62,692 nucleotides of DNA, filler included, from 9 parts of 9 records of this genome joined end to end with filler, not necessarily neighbours in it; one strand, 5' to 3'; positions 23,709-35,107 are shown, numbered from the whole stretch's first letter. A program made the numbers and translations. Notes: a model not told the origin generated them from the sequence alone.

Positions 23709-24542
23709 CTACAACTTCTCCAGCAGGCTGGGATCCATGTGAAAACTGTGCTCCTTCTGCGGGAACCGCCTCTCCTGGACCTCCTCGATATAACTCTTTA
23801 CAGCTGCGACGGCAGCATCACCCAATTCACTGTAGGTCTTTACAAATTTGGGGCGCATTCTGCGAAAGAGTCCCAGCATGTCCTGTATGACGAGCACCTG
23901 GCCGTCGCATTGCGAACCGGCGCCGATCCCGATGGTGGGAATCTCCAACCGTTCACTGATGGCGCCAGCCAGGGCGTCGGGGACGCACTCGAGGACGATG
24001 CCGAACACACCGGCATCCTGCAGCATCAGGGCGTCATCAAGGAGCTGACGGGCGGCTTCGATGTCCTTACCCTGGACCTTGAATCCACCAAAAACATTCA
24101 ATGACTGCGGCGTCAGCCCCAGATGGCCGAGTACCGGGATCTGCGCCTTGATGATGGCACGCACCTTATCCAGGACGTCTTTGCCACCTTCCAGTTTGAC
24201 GGCCTCCATGCCGCCCTCCTGAATGAAGCGTCCTGCATTTCGAACCGCCTCCTCCACACTGACATGGTAGGAGAGAAAGGGCATGTCGCCAATGAGCAGT
24301 GCCTTCTGGGCTCCCCTGGCAACGGCTTTGGCGTGGTGAATCATCTCGTCCATGGTGACGCGCAGGGTATTTTCGTAGCCCAGCATCACCATCCCCAACG
24401 AGTCGCCCACCAGGATGCTGTCTACTCCCGCTTCATCCAGCAGCGTCGCCGTGGTGTAGTCGTAAGCGGTCAGCATGCTGAGAGGTCGCTTTTCAGTTTT
24501 TGCGGTTTTGAACGATTGAACCGTGATTTTTTCTGCCGGCAT
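23709..24542 (-). CDS. panB: 3-methyl-2-oxobutanoate hydroxymethyltransferase
   Basis: Motifs MLTAYD, LVGDSLGM, DMPF.SY, VKLEGG, GHLGLTPQ, IGIGAG..CDGQVLV. Confidence 0.96.
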   Translation of the reverse strand: MPAEKITVQSFKTAKTEKRPLSMLTAYDYTTATLLDEAGVDSILVGDSLGMVMLGYENTLRVTMDEMIHHAKAVARGAQKALLIGDMPFLSYHVSVEEAVRNAGRFIQEGGMEAVKLEGGKDVLDKVRAIIKAQIPVLGHLGLTPQSLNVFGGFKVQGKDIEAARQLLDDALMLQDAGVFGIVLECVPDALAGAISERLEIPTIGIGAGSQCDGQVLVIQDMLGLFRRMRPKFVKTYSELGDAAVAAVKSYIEEVQERRFPQKEHSFHMDPSLLEKL

Positions 24543-24545
24543 GGT

Positions 24546-25442
24546 TCACTCCTTTTCGGTTTGGGACCGCAACTCTTTTATTTCCAACACATCCTTCAAC
24601 GCATCGGCTTTATCCGGGTCATGTAGCACGTGTTCCTGTGCCAAATCCAGCGTTTTCAATCCCATGTAGGCGTAGAACTTCTTCAATCCCTCCAAGTGCC
24701 GGGGAGACAACGCCTCTAAATGCTGCTCGACGGTCGTGACGTCGCCCCGCCCGATGGGTCCGGTGAGCGCTTTGGCAGGCCCGATGCGTGCGATGTTGTC
24801 GATGGTGCCCTGTATCAGCGGCAACATCGCGGCGAAGCCCTTCTCGGCCGGAATACCACTGGCGGCCAGTGCTTCCATTCCGCCGGCCATCACGGTCACC
24901 AGGTAGTTGGAGAAGATGCACGCGGAGAGGTGGTAGAGCTGTTTATTCTCAGGTAAAATGCGGAAATAGGGATTGCCGGCTTTGCTCATCATCTCTTCGA
25001 TGGCCGAGAGTCGCTGATCCGTCCCCTCGATACTGAAGTAGGTGTTGGGCAGATCAGCGAGCGACTTCTCCTCTTCGGCAAAGGCCTGCAGCGGATGCAG
25101 GCTGAATATGGCGGCCCCTTGCCGCGCAGCGTCCTCCAGGATCAATGACGCATGGGCGCCGCTCATGTGGCCGACCAGGTGATCTTCGCGGATAGCGCCC
25201 TGCCCGACCAGGTCCTTACAAACGCCGGTGATCTGGTCATCACGAGTGGTGATCAACACGATATCGGAAATCTCGGCCACCTCGACGGCACTTTGACACG
25301 ATCTGCCGCCTGTCTTTTCACCTGCGTGGACGCGCTTCTCCTCATGCCGATCATAGTAGCCGGCGATCTCCACGCCCTGGGCATATAAATAGCGTCCAAA
25401 GGCGGTCGCCACTTTACCTGCACCGATAAATCCAGTCCGCAT
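24546..25442 (-). CDS. Rossmann-like + DUF2520 protein (PanG-type putative ketopantoate reductase)
   Basis: Motifs GFIGAGKV, H.SGA, SLHPLQ.F, YH....SN, ALTGP..RGD..T...H. GGAGGT RBS before ATG 25442. First gene of the pan operon. Confidence 0.85.
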   Translation of the reverse strand: MRTGFIGAGKVATAFGRYLYAQGVEIAGYYDRHEEKRVHAGEKTGGRSCQSAVEVAEISDIVLITTRDDQITGVCKDLVGQGAIREDHLVGHMSGAHASLILEDAARQGAAIFSLHPLQAFAEEEKSLADLPNTYFSIEGTDQRLSAIEEMMSKAGNPYFRILPENKQLYHLSACIFSNYLVTVMAGGMEALAASGIPAEKGFAAMLPLIQGTIDNIARIGPAKALTGPIGRGDVTTVEQHLEALSPRHLEGLKKFYAYMGLKTLDLAQEHVLHDPDKADALKDVLEIKELRSQTEKE

Positions 25443-25734
25443 CTGCACCTCCATCGTCTGCATGCTTCTATAGCCTAAATGAGTCACCCGGCCCTGTTCA
25501 AGATAAAATTACCGGTGCCATTATCTCCCGACCGGACATGGCGCTTCATTTGCCGATTGACATTGATCGCATCGCCTTTAAAATGAGCTTTAGCGACAAA
25601 ATAGGTTCAAGTGCGAACGATTCACGTTTCAAAGTGAGGCATGACGGCCGGCAAGTCAACCTGTTCACCTCGTATCTCAGCGCTTCTGCCCTCAAGATAG
25701 AGAGACGAGCCGGTCCAGAGAAACGACAACCGCC

Positions 25735-27282
25735 ATGACGAACGAGCCCCACCCGGCTGTACCGACCTTTGACCCTGCGAATTACGATCCCACTCGTGGG
25801 CTCTACAAATTCGGAAAGGGAGAATTGGGCGGAAAGGCACACGGCCTCGCACTACTCAACCAACAGCTGCAGCACCCTTCCTTCAATTCGTTCAAGGACA
25901 GCAAGGGGAAAAAGATCCGCATTGTAGTACCGCCCGCGCTGATCATCACCACCGAATTTTTCGATATGTTCCTGAAACAGAATCAACTGGACCGGCAAAA
26001 CCTGGAGGAGATCTCCGACGATCATATAGCGGAACGCTTTGGGCGTGCCTGCCTTCCGGAAGCGCTGGACGAAGTGCTGCGGCACTACCTGCGCCGCAAC
26101 CGAGGCTGTCTGGCCGTGCGCTCCTCCGGGCTTATGGAAGACACTCGCCGTTTCGGCTATGCCGGTCTTTACTGCTCGGTAATGTTTCCTAACGACCAGC
26201 CCGACATCGACCAACGACTGGACCGACTGAGGCAAGCGGTCAAACGGGTGTATGCATCCACCTTCTTTAAGGCACCACGCGCTTATGCGCTGCGGCTGGG
26301 CCACTCAAGCGTAAAAGAGAAGATGGCGGTGATCCTCCAGCCGGTCATTGGATCGTGGCACAACGATCTTTTTCTTCCCGCAATTTCAGGGATCGCCCAA
26401 TCCGTCAATTTCTATCCACTCCCTCCCATGCGGCACGCGGATGGCTTGGTGACGATGGCTGTAGGAATGGGACAAACTGTGATTTCCGGGGAGAAGTCGC
26501 TATGCTTTAGCCCCGAATATCCACAAAATCTGCCCCAACGCAGCAGTGTAGACGAGGTATTGGCCAACAGTCAGACGCACTTTTATGCCTTGCACAGAGA
26601 TCGGGGAGACGCCAATGAGGGTGACAACAAAAAAGGCCTTCTCGTTCGAACCGCCCTTCCTGCGGTTGCCGATGCCACCTTCATGCGTTATGTTGCCAGC
26701 ACGTGGGACCCGGCGGAAGAGCGAATCCGGGACACCATTCAACATGACGGAGCAAGGGTTGTGACCTTTGCACCCATCCTCAAACACAGGCTCTTTCCAC
26801 TATCTGAAATCATCACAAGCCTTTTGAAAAGGGGGCAAGGTATCATGGACTGCCCGGTCGAAATGGAGTTTGCAGTCGACTTCGGTCAGCCACCGGACTC
26901 GCCTGCTACCTTCGGTGTACTGCAGTTGCGGCCCATGTCCACCCGGCAAACCGCCGGAGAGGTTATTATTGAGGAGAACGAAATCGACAACGCATTCTGC
27001 TACTCCAAAGCGGCAATGGGAAACAGCGACGATGAAGCCATGGCCGACATTGTGTACATAAAGCCCGAGCAGTTCGATCCGGCCCGGACCCGTGAGATGG
27101 TGGGGCAGATCGCACGTATCAATGCCGCCTTAACCTCCCAGGACCGTCGCTATGTGCTGATTGGGCCTGGTCGCTGGGGCTCTCAGGATCCCTGGCTGGG
27201 CATACCGGTCAGGTGGCAGCACATCTCCGGTGTGGGGGCCATTGTCGAGACGGGGGCTCCAAATCTCAGGGTCGAATTCTCC
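25735..27282 (+). CDS. PEP/pyruvate-binding (PPDK N-terminal) domain protein, 3'-partial
   Basis: Motifs G.LGGKA.GL, LAVRSS...ED, AGLY, EKMAVILQ, PVEMEFA, LQLRP and GPGRWGS.DPWLGIPV.W. Confidence 0.85.
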
Positions 27283-27382
27283 NNNNNNNNNNNNNNNNNN
27301 NNNNNNNNNNNNNNNNNNNNNNNNNNTTAATTAATTAANNNNNNNNNNNNNNNNNNNNNNNNNNNNNNNNNNNNNNNNNNNN
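27283..27382. other. artificial contig linker
   Basis: N44-TTAATTAATTAA-N44. Confidence 0.98.
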
Positions 27383-28042
27383 GACCAACGTGGCTGTGGA
27401 CATGATGGATCGCGGCATGGAATTGTTTGCTGTCGCGATGATGCGCAATGCCACCCGGCCATAGCCGTCCCGGAAATTTCAGTTTCCGGGATGCGAAAAC
27501 AAAACCGTTTTGACATGCAGGACGTCCTCGATCGGGTCGATTGTCTGAATTTGCTGGATTATCCGGTTATCGTGTCGAATTACCTGCGCTATTTTCGGCT
27601 GTCCGATTATTTGGGGCGGTACACCAACGGCAAGACGGCCTTTGTGGTTGGCATCCCCAACCTGGAAACCCTGTTTGACGATGCCTACTACGAAGGACTC
27701 AAGGGCGGGATTCTCGGTGCGTTTGGCTCCCTGCTGGATCGTGGGACGCTTCTATTCGTTTATCCAATGAATGGCGGTGGCGATTCCCAAAAGATGATCA
27801 GCGCCGAGAATTTTCCGGTCGCCGATCATCTGAAGTACCTTTATGCCCATTTGAGGACCAATCGTAAAATCCTGTCCATCGAAAACTACAACACCGCGAA
27901 CATGCATATCTGGCCGGCGGCGGTCCTCGAACAGATCCGGAAGGGGACGGGGGAATGGCGGGCGTCCGTTCCCGATATCGTCGCACAGGAAATTAAAACC
28001 CGTCACTTTTTCGGTTGGCGCGGGACTCATTCTCCATCTTGA
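27383..28042 (+). CDS. nucleotidyltransferase-like conserved protein, C-terminal part, frameshift near 27430
   Basis: Motifs D.LDR.D.L, V.VSNY..YFRL..YL, FD..YY..L.GGIL.AFG, FVYP and W...VP..VA..IK...FFG. The upstream frame TNVAVDMM is shifted relative to this one. Confidence 0.6.
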   Translation, partial: DQRGCGHDGSRHGIVCCRDDAQCHPAIAVPEISVSGMRKQNRFDMQDVLDRVDCLNLLDYPVIVSNYLRYFRLSDYLGRYTNGKTAFVVGIPNLETLFDDAYYEGLKGGILGAFGSLLDRGTLLFVYPMNGGGDSQKMISAENFPVADHLKYLYAHLRTNRKILSIENYNTANMHIWPAAVLEQIRKGTGEWRASVPDIVAQEIKTRHFFGWRGTHSPS

Positions 28043-28143
28043 TGACTTCGGTCAAGACGATCGCAACCCGGTTCAGCCGGGCACCGCTGGGGTAATGGAA
28101 CAACCAGGGGGGGACATATCCGCAAAAAAGGATATCTCACGCC

Positions 28144-29574
28144 ATGATTAAGAAAAGCCTGATGGTGGCGCTTTGCTTGGTGAGTGGGGGCGTTTGCACG
28201 CTAATCCTGGTACTCGTCGTTCACCTGCAAAACAGGCCGGCTCTCAAGTCGTGGCACGAAGCGCATCTGGATGCCGAGTTTACTGTCGACTCGCCGGTAT
28301 CGAATTTTGCAGGCTATCTGGCACTGGAAGAGAAGGTGTTCGCGCAATTAAAACAGCAGGTGCTGGATCGGTTGCCGGAATCGGATCGGGGGCCGATCAA
28401 CCGTTACATGAGTGGCAGTCTGACCGATCCCGGCCGCTGGGATCGGAACTGGAACCGGACATTTGAGCTGGCGACGCCAGCGCCCACCGCTGGGGTGTTG
28501 CTGCTTCACGGTATGTCCGACGCGCCCTATAGCCTGCGCCAATTGGGAACGGATCTGAACGAAAAGGGGGCCTGGGTCGTGGGGCTGCGGCTGCCAGGGC
28601 ATGGAACTATCCCCTCCGGACTGATTCGCCTGACGTGGGAAGACATGGCGGCGGTCCGTCTGGCCATGCGGCATTTGCGCGATGGACTGGGGGACAAACC
28701 GCTCTATATCATCGGATATTCCACCGGTGGTGCGCTTGCCGTGGAATATGCGTTGGATCAACTTGCCGACCATGATCTCCCGGCAGTGGAGAAAATCGTG
28801 CTCATCTCACCGGCCATCGGCGTGACCCGCCTGGCGGCACTTTCCATCTGGCAGGCTCGCCTGGGACGCTGGCTGGGGCTCGAGAAAGTGGCCTGGAACA
28901 GTATTCAACCGGAATATAACAGTTACAAATACAGCTCATTTGCCATCAATGGCGGTGTCCAGGTCTACCGGCTGGCCGCGACCCTTCAAGAACGTCTTGC
29001 CGCAGCACGGCAAGCCAACCGGTTGAAGGGGTTCCCGCCGGTGCTGACCTTCCAATCCGTGGTCGATGCCACCGTTTCGACACGGGCGATTCTTACTGTT
29101 TTTTATAACCGTCTGATCAATGCCGGCAATGAGCTGGTTGTCTTTGATATCAATCGTCACGCGGGCATTGACAACCTGCTGACCAGCGATCCGTTGGATC
29201 ATATTTTGGCGTTGCATGCGACCGGTGAAATGGATTACGCTTTCAGCCTGGTGACCAATGAGAATCCGTCGAGTAGGCGTGTCGTTGAGATTTCTTATGA
29301 TGCGGGACCGTCTGCCACACTCACGGAACAGTTGGACCTTGTGTGGCCTGAAAGCATCCATTCGCTGTCGCATATTGCCCTGCCGTTCCCCGAAGATGAC
29401 CCCCTTTATGGGATTGCCGGCACATCATCAAATCCTGGAATCATGCTCGGCAAAATCATTTTGCGTGGTGAGCGGGGCGTGATCCAGGTTCCGGCCGCTG
29501 AGATGTTGCGGCTTCGCTGGAATCCGTTCTATCCTTATGTGAGTCGGCGGGTAATACGATTTTTTGGGCGTTAA
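28144..29574 (+). CDS. alpha/beta hydrolase with N-terminal membrane anchor
   Basis: Motifs LLLHG.SD.PY, LRLPGHG, nucleophile GYSTGG, QSVVD and SLSH. Confidence 0.85.
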   Translation: MIKKSLMVALCLVSGGVCTLILVLVVHLQNRPALKSWHEAHLDAEFTVDSPVSNFAGYLALEEKVFAQLKQQVLDRLPESDRGPINRYMSGSLTDPGRWDRNWNRTFELATPAPTAGVLLLHGMSDAPYSLRQLGTDLNEKGAWVVGLRLPGHGTIPSGLIRLTWEDMAAVRLAMRHLRDGLGDKPLYIIGYSTGGALAVEYALDQLADHDLPAVEKIVLISPAIGVTRLAALSIWQARLGRWLGLEKVAWNSIQPEYNSYKYSSFAINGGVQVYRLAATLQERLAAARQANRLKGFPPVLTFQSVVDATVSTRAILTVFYNRLINAGNELVVFDINRHAGIDNLLTSDPLDHILALHATGEMDYAFSLVTNENPSSRRVVEISYDAGPSATLTEQLDLVWPESIHSLSHIALPFPEDDPLYGIAGTSSNPGIMLGKIILRGERGVIQVPAAEMLRLRWNPFYPYVSRRVIRFFGR

Positions 29575-30016
29575 AGGCGATGATGATATGGATCCTGCGC
29601 TGATCGTGGCTGCCTTGCCAACTGTCTGAATTCCCGGCGTAAAAATAAATGAAATTCCAACCCGCAATTTCTTTAAGCGTTTTTGCGCCGAACACGGTGC
29701 ATTCAATGTCGTTTTAATTCTCTATAAAAACAGTTTGTTCCCCATGTGGAACGGTTTTGTCTGCCATCCAGGAAAAAAATATTTTGACAACCGCCTATTG
29801 AATAACATATTACTGAAAAAACGGTCCGTATTCAGCCGATAATCGCTGGCTGACAACGCAAATGAAAACCCGGATAAATTCGCTCGTGCTTCGTTTGAGA
29901 GGGTTTCGCCTTTGCGCAAGCCATGTCTCTTCAAGCACAATGAAAAGATGGTCTGGCACTTGACGTCCGCTACGTCTGCTTTGGAAACAAACCATAAAGG
30001 AAAGGAGAGTTTTGCT

Positions 30017-30236
30017 ATGCATAAATCAACGGCGAAAGTTGACCTGCCGGATACGACGATTATTTCGTCAAAGGAATTCGAGAAGAACCCCGATGGCTCG
30101 TGGACATGCATCAAGAATACAGACATTAAAAATGCGTATGGGATATATCAGGTCAGCAGGCATGACCTTTAAGAAGAAGACGACTCACTGGGGCATGGAT
30201 GTTGCCGAGTTGCTCGAACAGGCGGAATCAAAATAA
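30017..30236 (+). pseudogene. small (~73 aa) hypothetical protein interrupted by a frameshift near 30155
   Basis: Strong AAGGAG RBS. MHKSTAKV...FEKNPDGSWTCIKN continues in another frame as GMTFKKKTTHWGMDVAELLEQAESK*. Confidence 0.55.
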
Positions 30237-30291
30237 AAAGGCCTGGTAAACGGACATTCCTCCCATTAAAAAATAACGCATTGACATTGAA

Positions 30292-31830
30292 TTGAAAGTG
30301 TGGCGCCCTATCAGGGCCGGCCAGATGTTGCCCGCCTGCGAGTACCAACCATTTTATCGATTGATCCGGTGGCCGGGAGGCATCACCGGCAGCGGTGGGG
30401 CGCCCTTTATCGATTACGACTGCGCCGGCAGCTTTTCCGATCCTCACGGTATATGGGGGGTCGAGATGCAAGCAAAACGGTATCTCAACGGCACGGGATC
30501 GTTGAATGGCCAGATAGATGCGGCGGCCCCCGGGCTCAAACTGATGGTGTCCGAGGAACCCAAACCCGAGATCTTCGAACATGCCGATTACATCGGCGAT
30601 GGCCAGATCGATATCTGGCTGCCAGTGCTGCACAATTACGATCCGGTCGTCTCTCACATGCGCGAAAGCGAACACGGCGAGGAAACCTGGGTCTACTTCC
30701 TTTCCAGTACGCGCCCACCGTACCTCAATCCCATCACCCTGGATCATCCCGGGATCGAGGGCCGCCTGACCGGCTGGCTGCTATGGAAATACCGGCTGCG
30801 CGGCCTGGCCTACTACACGTTCAACGACTGGTCCACGAATCCCTGGAGCCAGCCCATGTCCGGGACCCAGAATGGCGAGATGTTCCTGTTTTATCCGCCT
30901 TCCGAGAGCAACCAGGCGATAGGCTTCGGGGAGAATAATCATGGCTTTGTCCCTTCCATCCGTCTGGAATTGATACGCGACAGCCTGGAAGACTATGAGT
31001 ACCTGTCTGTCCTCAACCTGGATCGCCTGCCCGTGGTGGGTAGCGCCAATCCTGCCGATTTCCTGGCAGACCGGCTTGTGGATGGATTGACCAGCTATAA
31101 TCGGGACAGTGGCCTGATGTACAACCTGCGCCGGGTAATCGGGCTTAAAAATGGCGGAGAGCTCGATGAGATCCCTGATATCACCCCCTCCAGCTGTTTG
31201 GGCCACCCCCGTGCCCAAGGGGTGCCGGGCAACGATTACCTGAATTTCCAGGATCCGGCGGGTGGTCCTTGGGATTCTCCGTTGATGGTGGATGGCCGGC
31301 AGTACATGAAAATCGGCTGGGATCCTTACGACAGCCTTGTCGGGTATGGCTGGTATGGCGATGCCGACCATGTGATGTCCCAGTGTCTGACTACCGGTCC
31401 CAACGCACTGCAAAAAAGCATCCTCTACGACGATTGGGGACGGCTGCACACCTTTGAATTCAATTTACCGCGGGGAACCTATGATGTGACGCTATCGGTG
31501 GGGTGGCGCGGGGGAACCTACAGCCACCAGCGGGTTGTCATCGAGGGGATTCCCTTCGTGGATGACGAGGCCACGACCCCCGATATCCCCTACCTTGTGC
31601 GGACCCGACGGGTGACTGTCGATGACTGTGCGCCTCGCCTGGAGATGGGTATTTTCGATGAAGACACCATGCTCAACTATATGACCGTCGAAGCCGTATC
31701 GTCTGCCATTGCCGACCGGGATGGGGATGTGGACGGGGGGGATCTGGCCGGCTACACTGCCGACCTGGCCGATGGCATCGACGTGCTTCCGGTGCACATG
31801 GTGACCGGCATCTCCGGTTTGAGCCGGTGA
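30292..31830 (+). pseudogene. N-terminally truncated DUF4091/GH123-like protein with C-terminal beta-sandwich and dockerin-like motif
   Basis: Motifs R...WL.WKY...G..Y, NG...L.YP, PSIRLELIRDSLEDYEYL and D.DGDVDG.DL. No RBS or start recognised; the ORF opens mid-domain. Confidence 0.6.
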
Positions 31831-31859
31831 ATCTGCCGGGTCAATACGTCGCCGGTCAT

Positions 31860-33495
31860 TTTGGGACTGGCGTAACCGTTCCTCGATTTCCACCTGTTTG
31901 GTGATATCCCGCCGCACCGATGCATACCCGCTCAGGTTGCCAATCTGGTCGTATATTGGTGTCGTGGTTACGTCCTGCAGGATTTCGCGGCCATCTTTGG
32001 TCCGGTTCCAGATTCCTCCCTGCCAGATCTTGCCCGATTCGATCTTCCACCGGATTTCAGCATAGAAAGCCGCTTCATGACGGTTGCTCTTGAGAATCCG
32101 CAGCGTCTGGCCGATGGCTTCGGCGCGGGGGTATCCCGTGACCGCTTCGAACCGTGGGTTGACGTATTGAATAACGCCATCGGGATCGAGGATGACAACG
32201 TCTTCGGCGGCCTGTTCGACCACCGACGCCAGCTGGGCGACGCGCGTTTCAATCTGCCGGGTCCGGGAGATGTCACGGGCCAGCCCTTGGGTTCCCCGGT
32301 AGGTTTCCGGCGATACAATGTCATCTGCATAAAGACCGTCGCTGGAAACGAGAAAAATCGACCAACCAGAATTCATCAAGCCGGATGCGGGTTGTTCGTC
32401 TACCGGATCGCTGATCATGAACCGGATTTCGAGCTCCTGGGTGCTTCCATCACCGGTGCGCCTTTCCTGCAGACCATGTCCTGCCAAGGCATTGTTGTCG
32501 GGATGGAAGAAATCCGTAAACGGCTTGCCGATAAGATCATCCGGCTGATAGCCAAAATTCCTGACTGCGTCACTGATAAAGGTCACATTGCCCTTGGGGT
32601 CCAGTCGGTAGACGGTGTTCGGTGTCTTGCCCAGGATGGACTGAAGTTCGTCCTGGGCCTGTCTGAGCTCGAACAGCCGGCGTTCCAGTTCGTGGCGGGC
32701 TTGTTGTAGCGAGCGTTCCGCATGGCGGCGTCGGGTCCGGTGGACGAGTAGAATGAAAATCAACAGGCCCTCGATCAACACCAGGCCGGTTACACCGATG
32801 ACCTGCCACTTATGAAGATCCCACACCGAGAGTTCTTTTTCGCGTACAATGCTACCGGCAGGCAGATCGGCCACCCGGATGTGCCAGCGCTCGAGTTGAT
32901 GCCAATCGAAAAGATACGCATTGGATCCCGAGTCAACGGGGATGGTTTTCGGCGTTGCTCCGTTCAGGATGCGCAGGGCTATTTTGGCAATCCCGATGCC
33001 ATCAGAATCCGTGCTGGACAGGCTCCCGCCAACGATCCCGCTGCCCAGCAACGCATCCCGAAGACCGTACAAGGGGGCGTTGGCCGTTCGGGAAAGCTCG
33101 GGCAGAATCATTTTGGGGATGAATGCTTCCCCGGTACCATCCATCAGCGTCAGCACGTATAGGGCAATCGTCTTATCCGGCAGCCTGGATGCCTGGTCCA
33201 GAAGCGCGTCCATCGATGGATCGGCCAAATCGATAACCTCAACCCGATCCCGGTATTCCTTCAATATATTCCAGGCGATGGCCCCATAAAGGCGACCGGT
33301 CTCAGAACTGCCTGAAATAATGGCAACGTTCCGGGTGCCCGGATGCAGCTTGGGGGCAACATCCACTGTGCCTTTCACATCTATTGCCGCGATGATGCCG
33401 GTCATGTTGGGCCTCAAGGGCATGTTTCGGATGCGTTCATTTCCAGAAAGAAACGCCAGCGGCACACCCGGGAAGAGGGTTTGCCATGTGCAATC
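31860..33495 (-). pseudogene. remnant of a sensor kinase (ABC substrate-binding-like domain, TM, two PAS/PAC), truncated at both ends
   Basis: LG.GIVGG, FDW..L.RW.I, TM helix and PAS domains. It breaks at EERLRQSQ exactly where a KMEA..GG.AHDFNN H-box would begin, then runs antisense into the neighbouring gene. Confidence 0.7.
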
Positions 33496-33977
33496 ATCAA
33501 ATTCGTCGCGGCGATGTCAACGGAAATGACCAGGTCTATTTTGCTGCCATAGACGAAGACTGGGATGTGGCCCTGGGCTTTATTCGGCAGTTTTTGTCCC
33601 TCCCCGGAAGAATAGACACCGGCAAATTGAGCCTCGGTCTGCTCGAACCCGAAATCCTCGACATCCAGGGACACACAACCCTGGCCCGTGAGGGTCTGGA
33701 AGCATACCGCCAGCGTGTCGCCGATCCCTGGTACCGGACATTGAGTGCATGCTTATTGGATCCCCAAAGCCAGGCTGAAATAACGGCAAAAGCCGGTGAA
33801 GGCCCGGAGAACCTGTTGACCGGCCACACCGCTTTGGGATTATGGGCCGAAGGCAGTGGTGATGTGGCCGGCGCCATCAAAAACTATAAGGAAGCGCTTA
33901 CTTCATATGTGGACTACCGGATGGAGTACGATTTTGCGTTGGGCCGCTTGAGGCATCTGCGCCAGAAGCGCGAATAG
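33495..33977 (+). pseudogene. C-terminal fragment of a TPR-like helical protein
   Basis: PENLLTGHTALGLWAEG...AIKNYKEAL...EYDFA. No RBS; abuts the truncated sensor gene back to back. Confidence 0.45.
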
Positions 33978-34014
33978 AAATCGACAAGCAAGTGGTAACC
34001 GTCACGAATGGACG

Positions 34015-34958
34015 TCAAACGTCAGAAATACTAAGGACCCCGCCGCCCTGATATCGTTTGCCCTGCCAGGTTTCTCTCCGATCGAAACAGCGATCGATCG
34101 TCTCCATGGTTCCTTTCTTGTCAAGGGACCAGCGTGGGGCGATCAGCTCGTCGGGGTGGGGGTCGCCGGTCAGCCGCTGGATGATCATCGATTCCGGAAG
34201 GCGTTCGATGAATTGGCAGACCAGATCGGCATATTCCTGCTGTTCCAGGCAGCGGTAGCGTCCCTGGTGGTACCAGGTCTCCAATGGGGTTTCCCTGACC
34301 ACATAAAGAAGGTGCAGCTTGACGCCGTCGATGCCCATTGCGGCGACGGCATCGGCGGTTTTCAGCATCTCTTTTTTCGATTCACCGGGAAGCCCCAGGA
34401 TCACGTGGGCGCAGATGTTGATGCCGCGATTACGGGTGGCGGCCACTGCCTGTTCGAAGCAGGTAAAATCGTGCCCCCGGTTGATCCGGGCCAGGGTGTG
34501 ATCATGGGCGCTTTGCAATCCGTATTCGATCCAGATCAGACGGCTACGGGCATAGTCTTCCAGAAGGTCGAGAACGGCCGGTTCCACGCAGTCCGGCCGG
34601 GTGCCGATGGCAAGGCCCACCACGTTCTCCACGGCCAGGGCCTCGTCGTAAAGGGCTTTGAGACGTTCGACCGGGGCATAGGTGTTGGTGAACGATTGAA
34701 AATAGGCCATCAATTTATTGGTTTTGAAACGACGGGCGATTCTGGCTTTGCTGCGCTCGATCTGCTCGGTGATGGAAATTCCTTGCCGATGCGCGCCGGT
34801 GCCGGATCCTTTGGCATTACAGTAGATGCATCCGCCGGTGGACAGGGTGCCGTCCCGGTTGGGGCAGGTGAGTCCGGCATCCACGGTGACCTTGTGCACC
34901 CGGCTGCCGAACAGGTTGCGAAAGTAGGTATTTAAATCCCGGTAGGGTTTTTTTGCAT
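34015..34958 (-). CDS. TIGR01212 family radical SAM protein (YhcC-like)
   Basis: Motifs TCPNRDG....GGCIYC, YFQ.FTNTY, IGTRPDC, EYGLQS, H.ILGLPGE and QRLTGD. ATG 34958 with GAGG RBS is out of frame by one base in an A7 run. Confidence 0.92.
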
Positions 34959-35107
34959 GACGATCCTCTGCTTGACCGATGATGCCGGTGCAATTATATA
35001 GTCTGCGGGAAGAAAGCAAAAGAGCCAACATGGGTTGCAATGTCAAAGATTAAATGACAAATGTCAAATGAATGGTTGCGGTAGATCATAGAATCAGAAA
35101 ACGATAA

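Noticed and set aside
25443-25734. pan RNA motif or riboswitch upstream of the pantothenate operon
   Set aside because: Only a weak hairpin is visible, a promoter-like TTGAAC..TAGGCT lies close to the RBS, and I could not match the motif by eye. An Rfam scan would settle it.
31492-31860. C-terminal extension of ORF 31492-33465 as a genuine overlapping antisense domain
   Set aside because: It is read-through from the truncation point into the reverse strand of the DUF4091-like gene and has no domain-like character.
35038-35075. Short AAATG(T/A)C tandem repeats between TIGR01212 and mnmG
   Set aside because: Only 3-4 degenerate heptamers; too short for CRISPR or a defined element.
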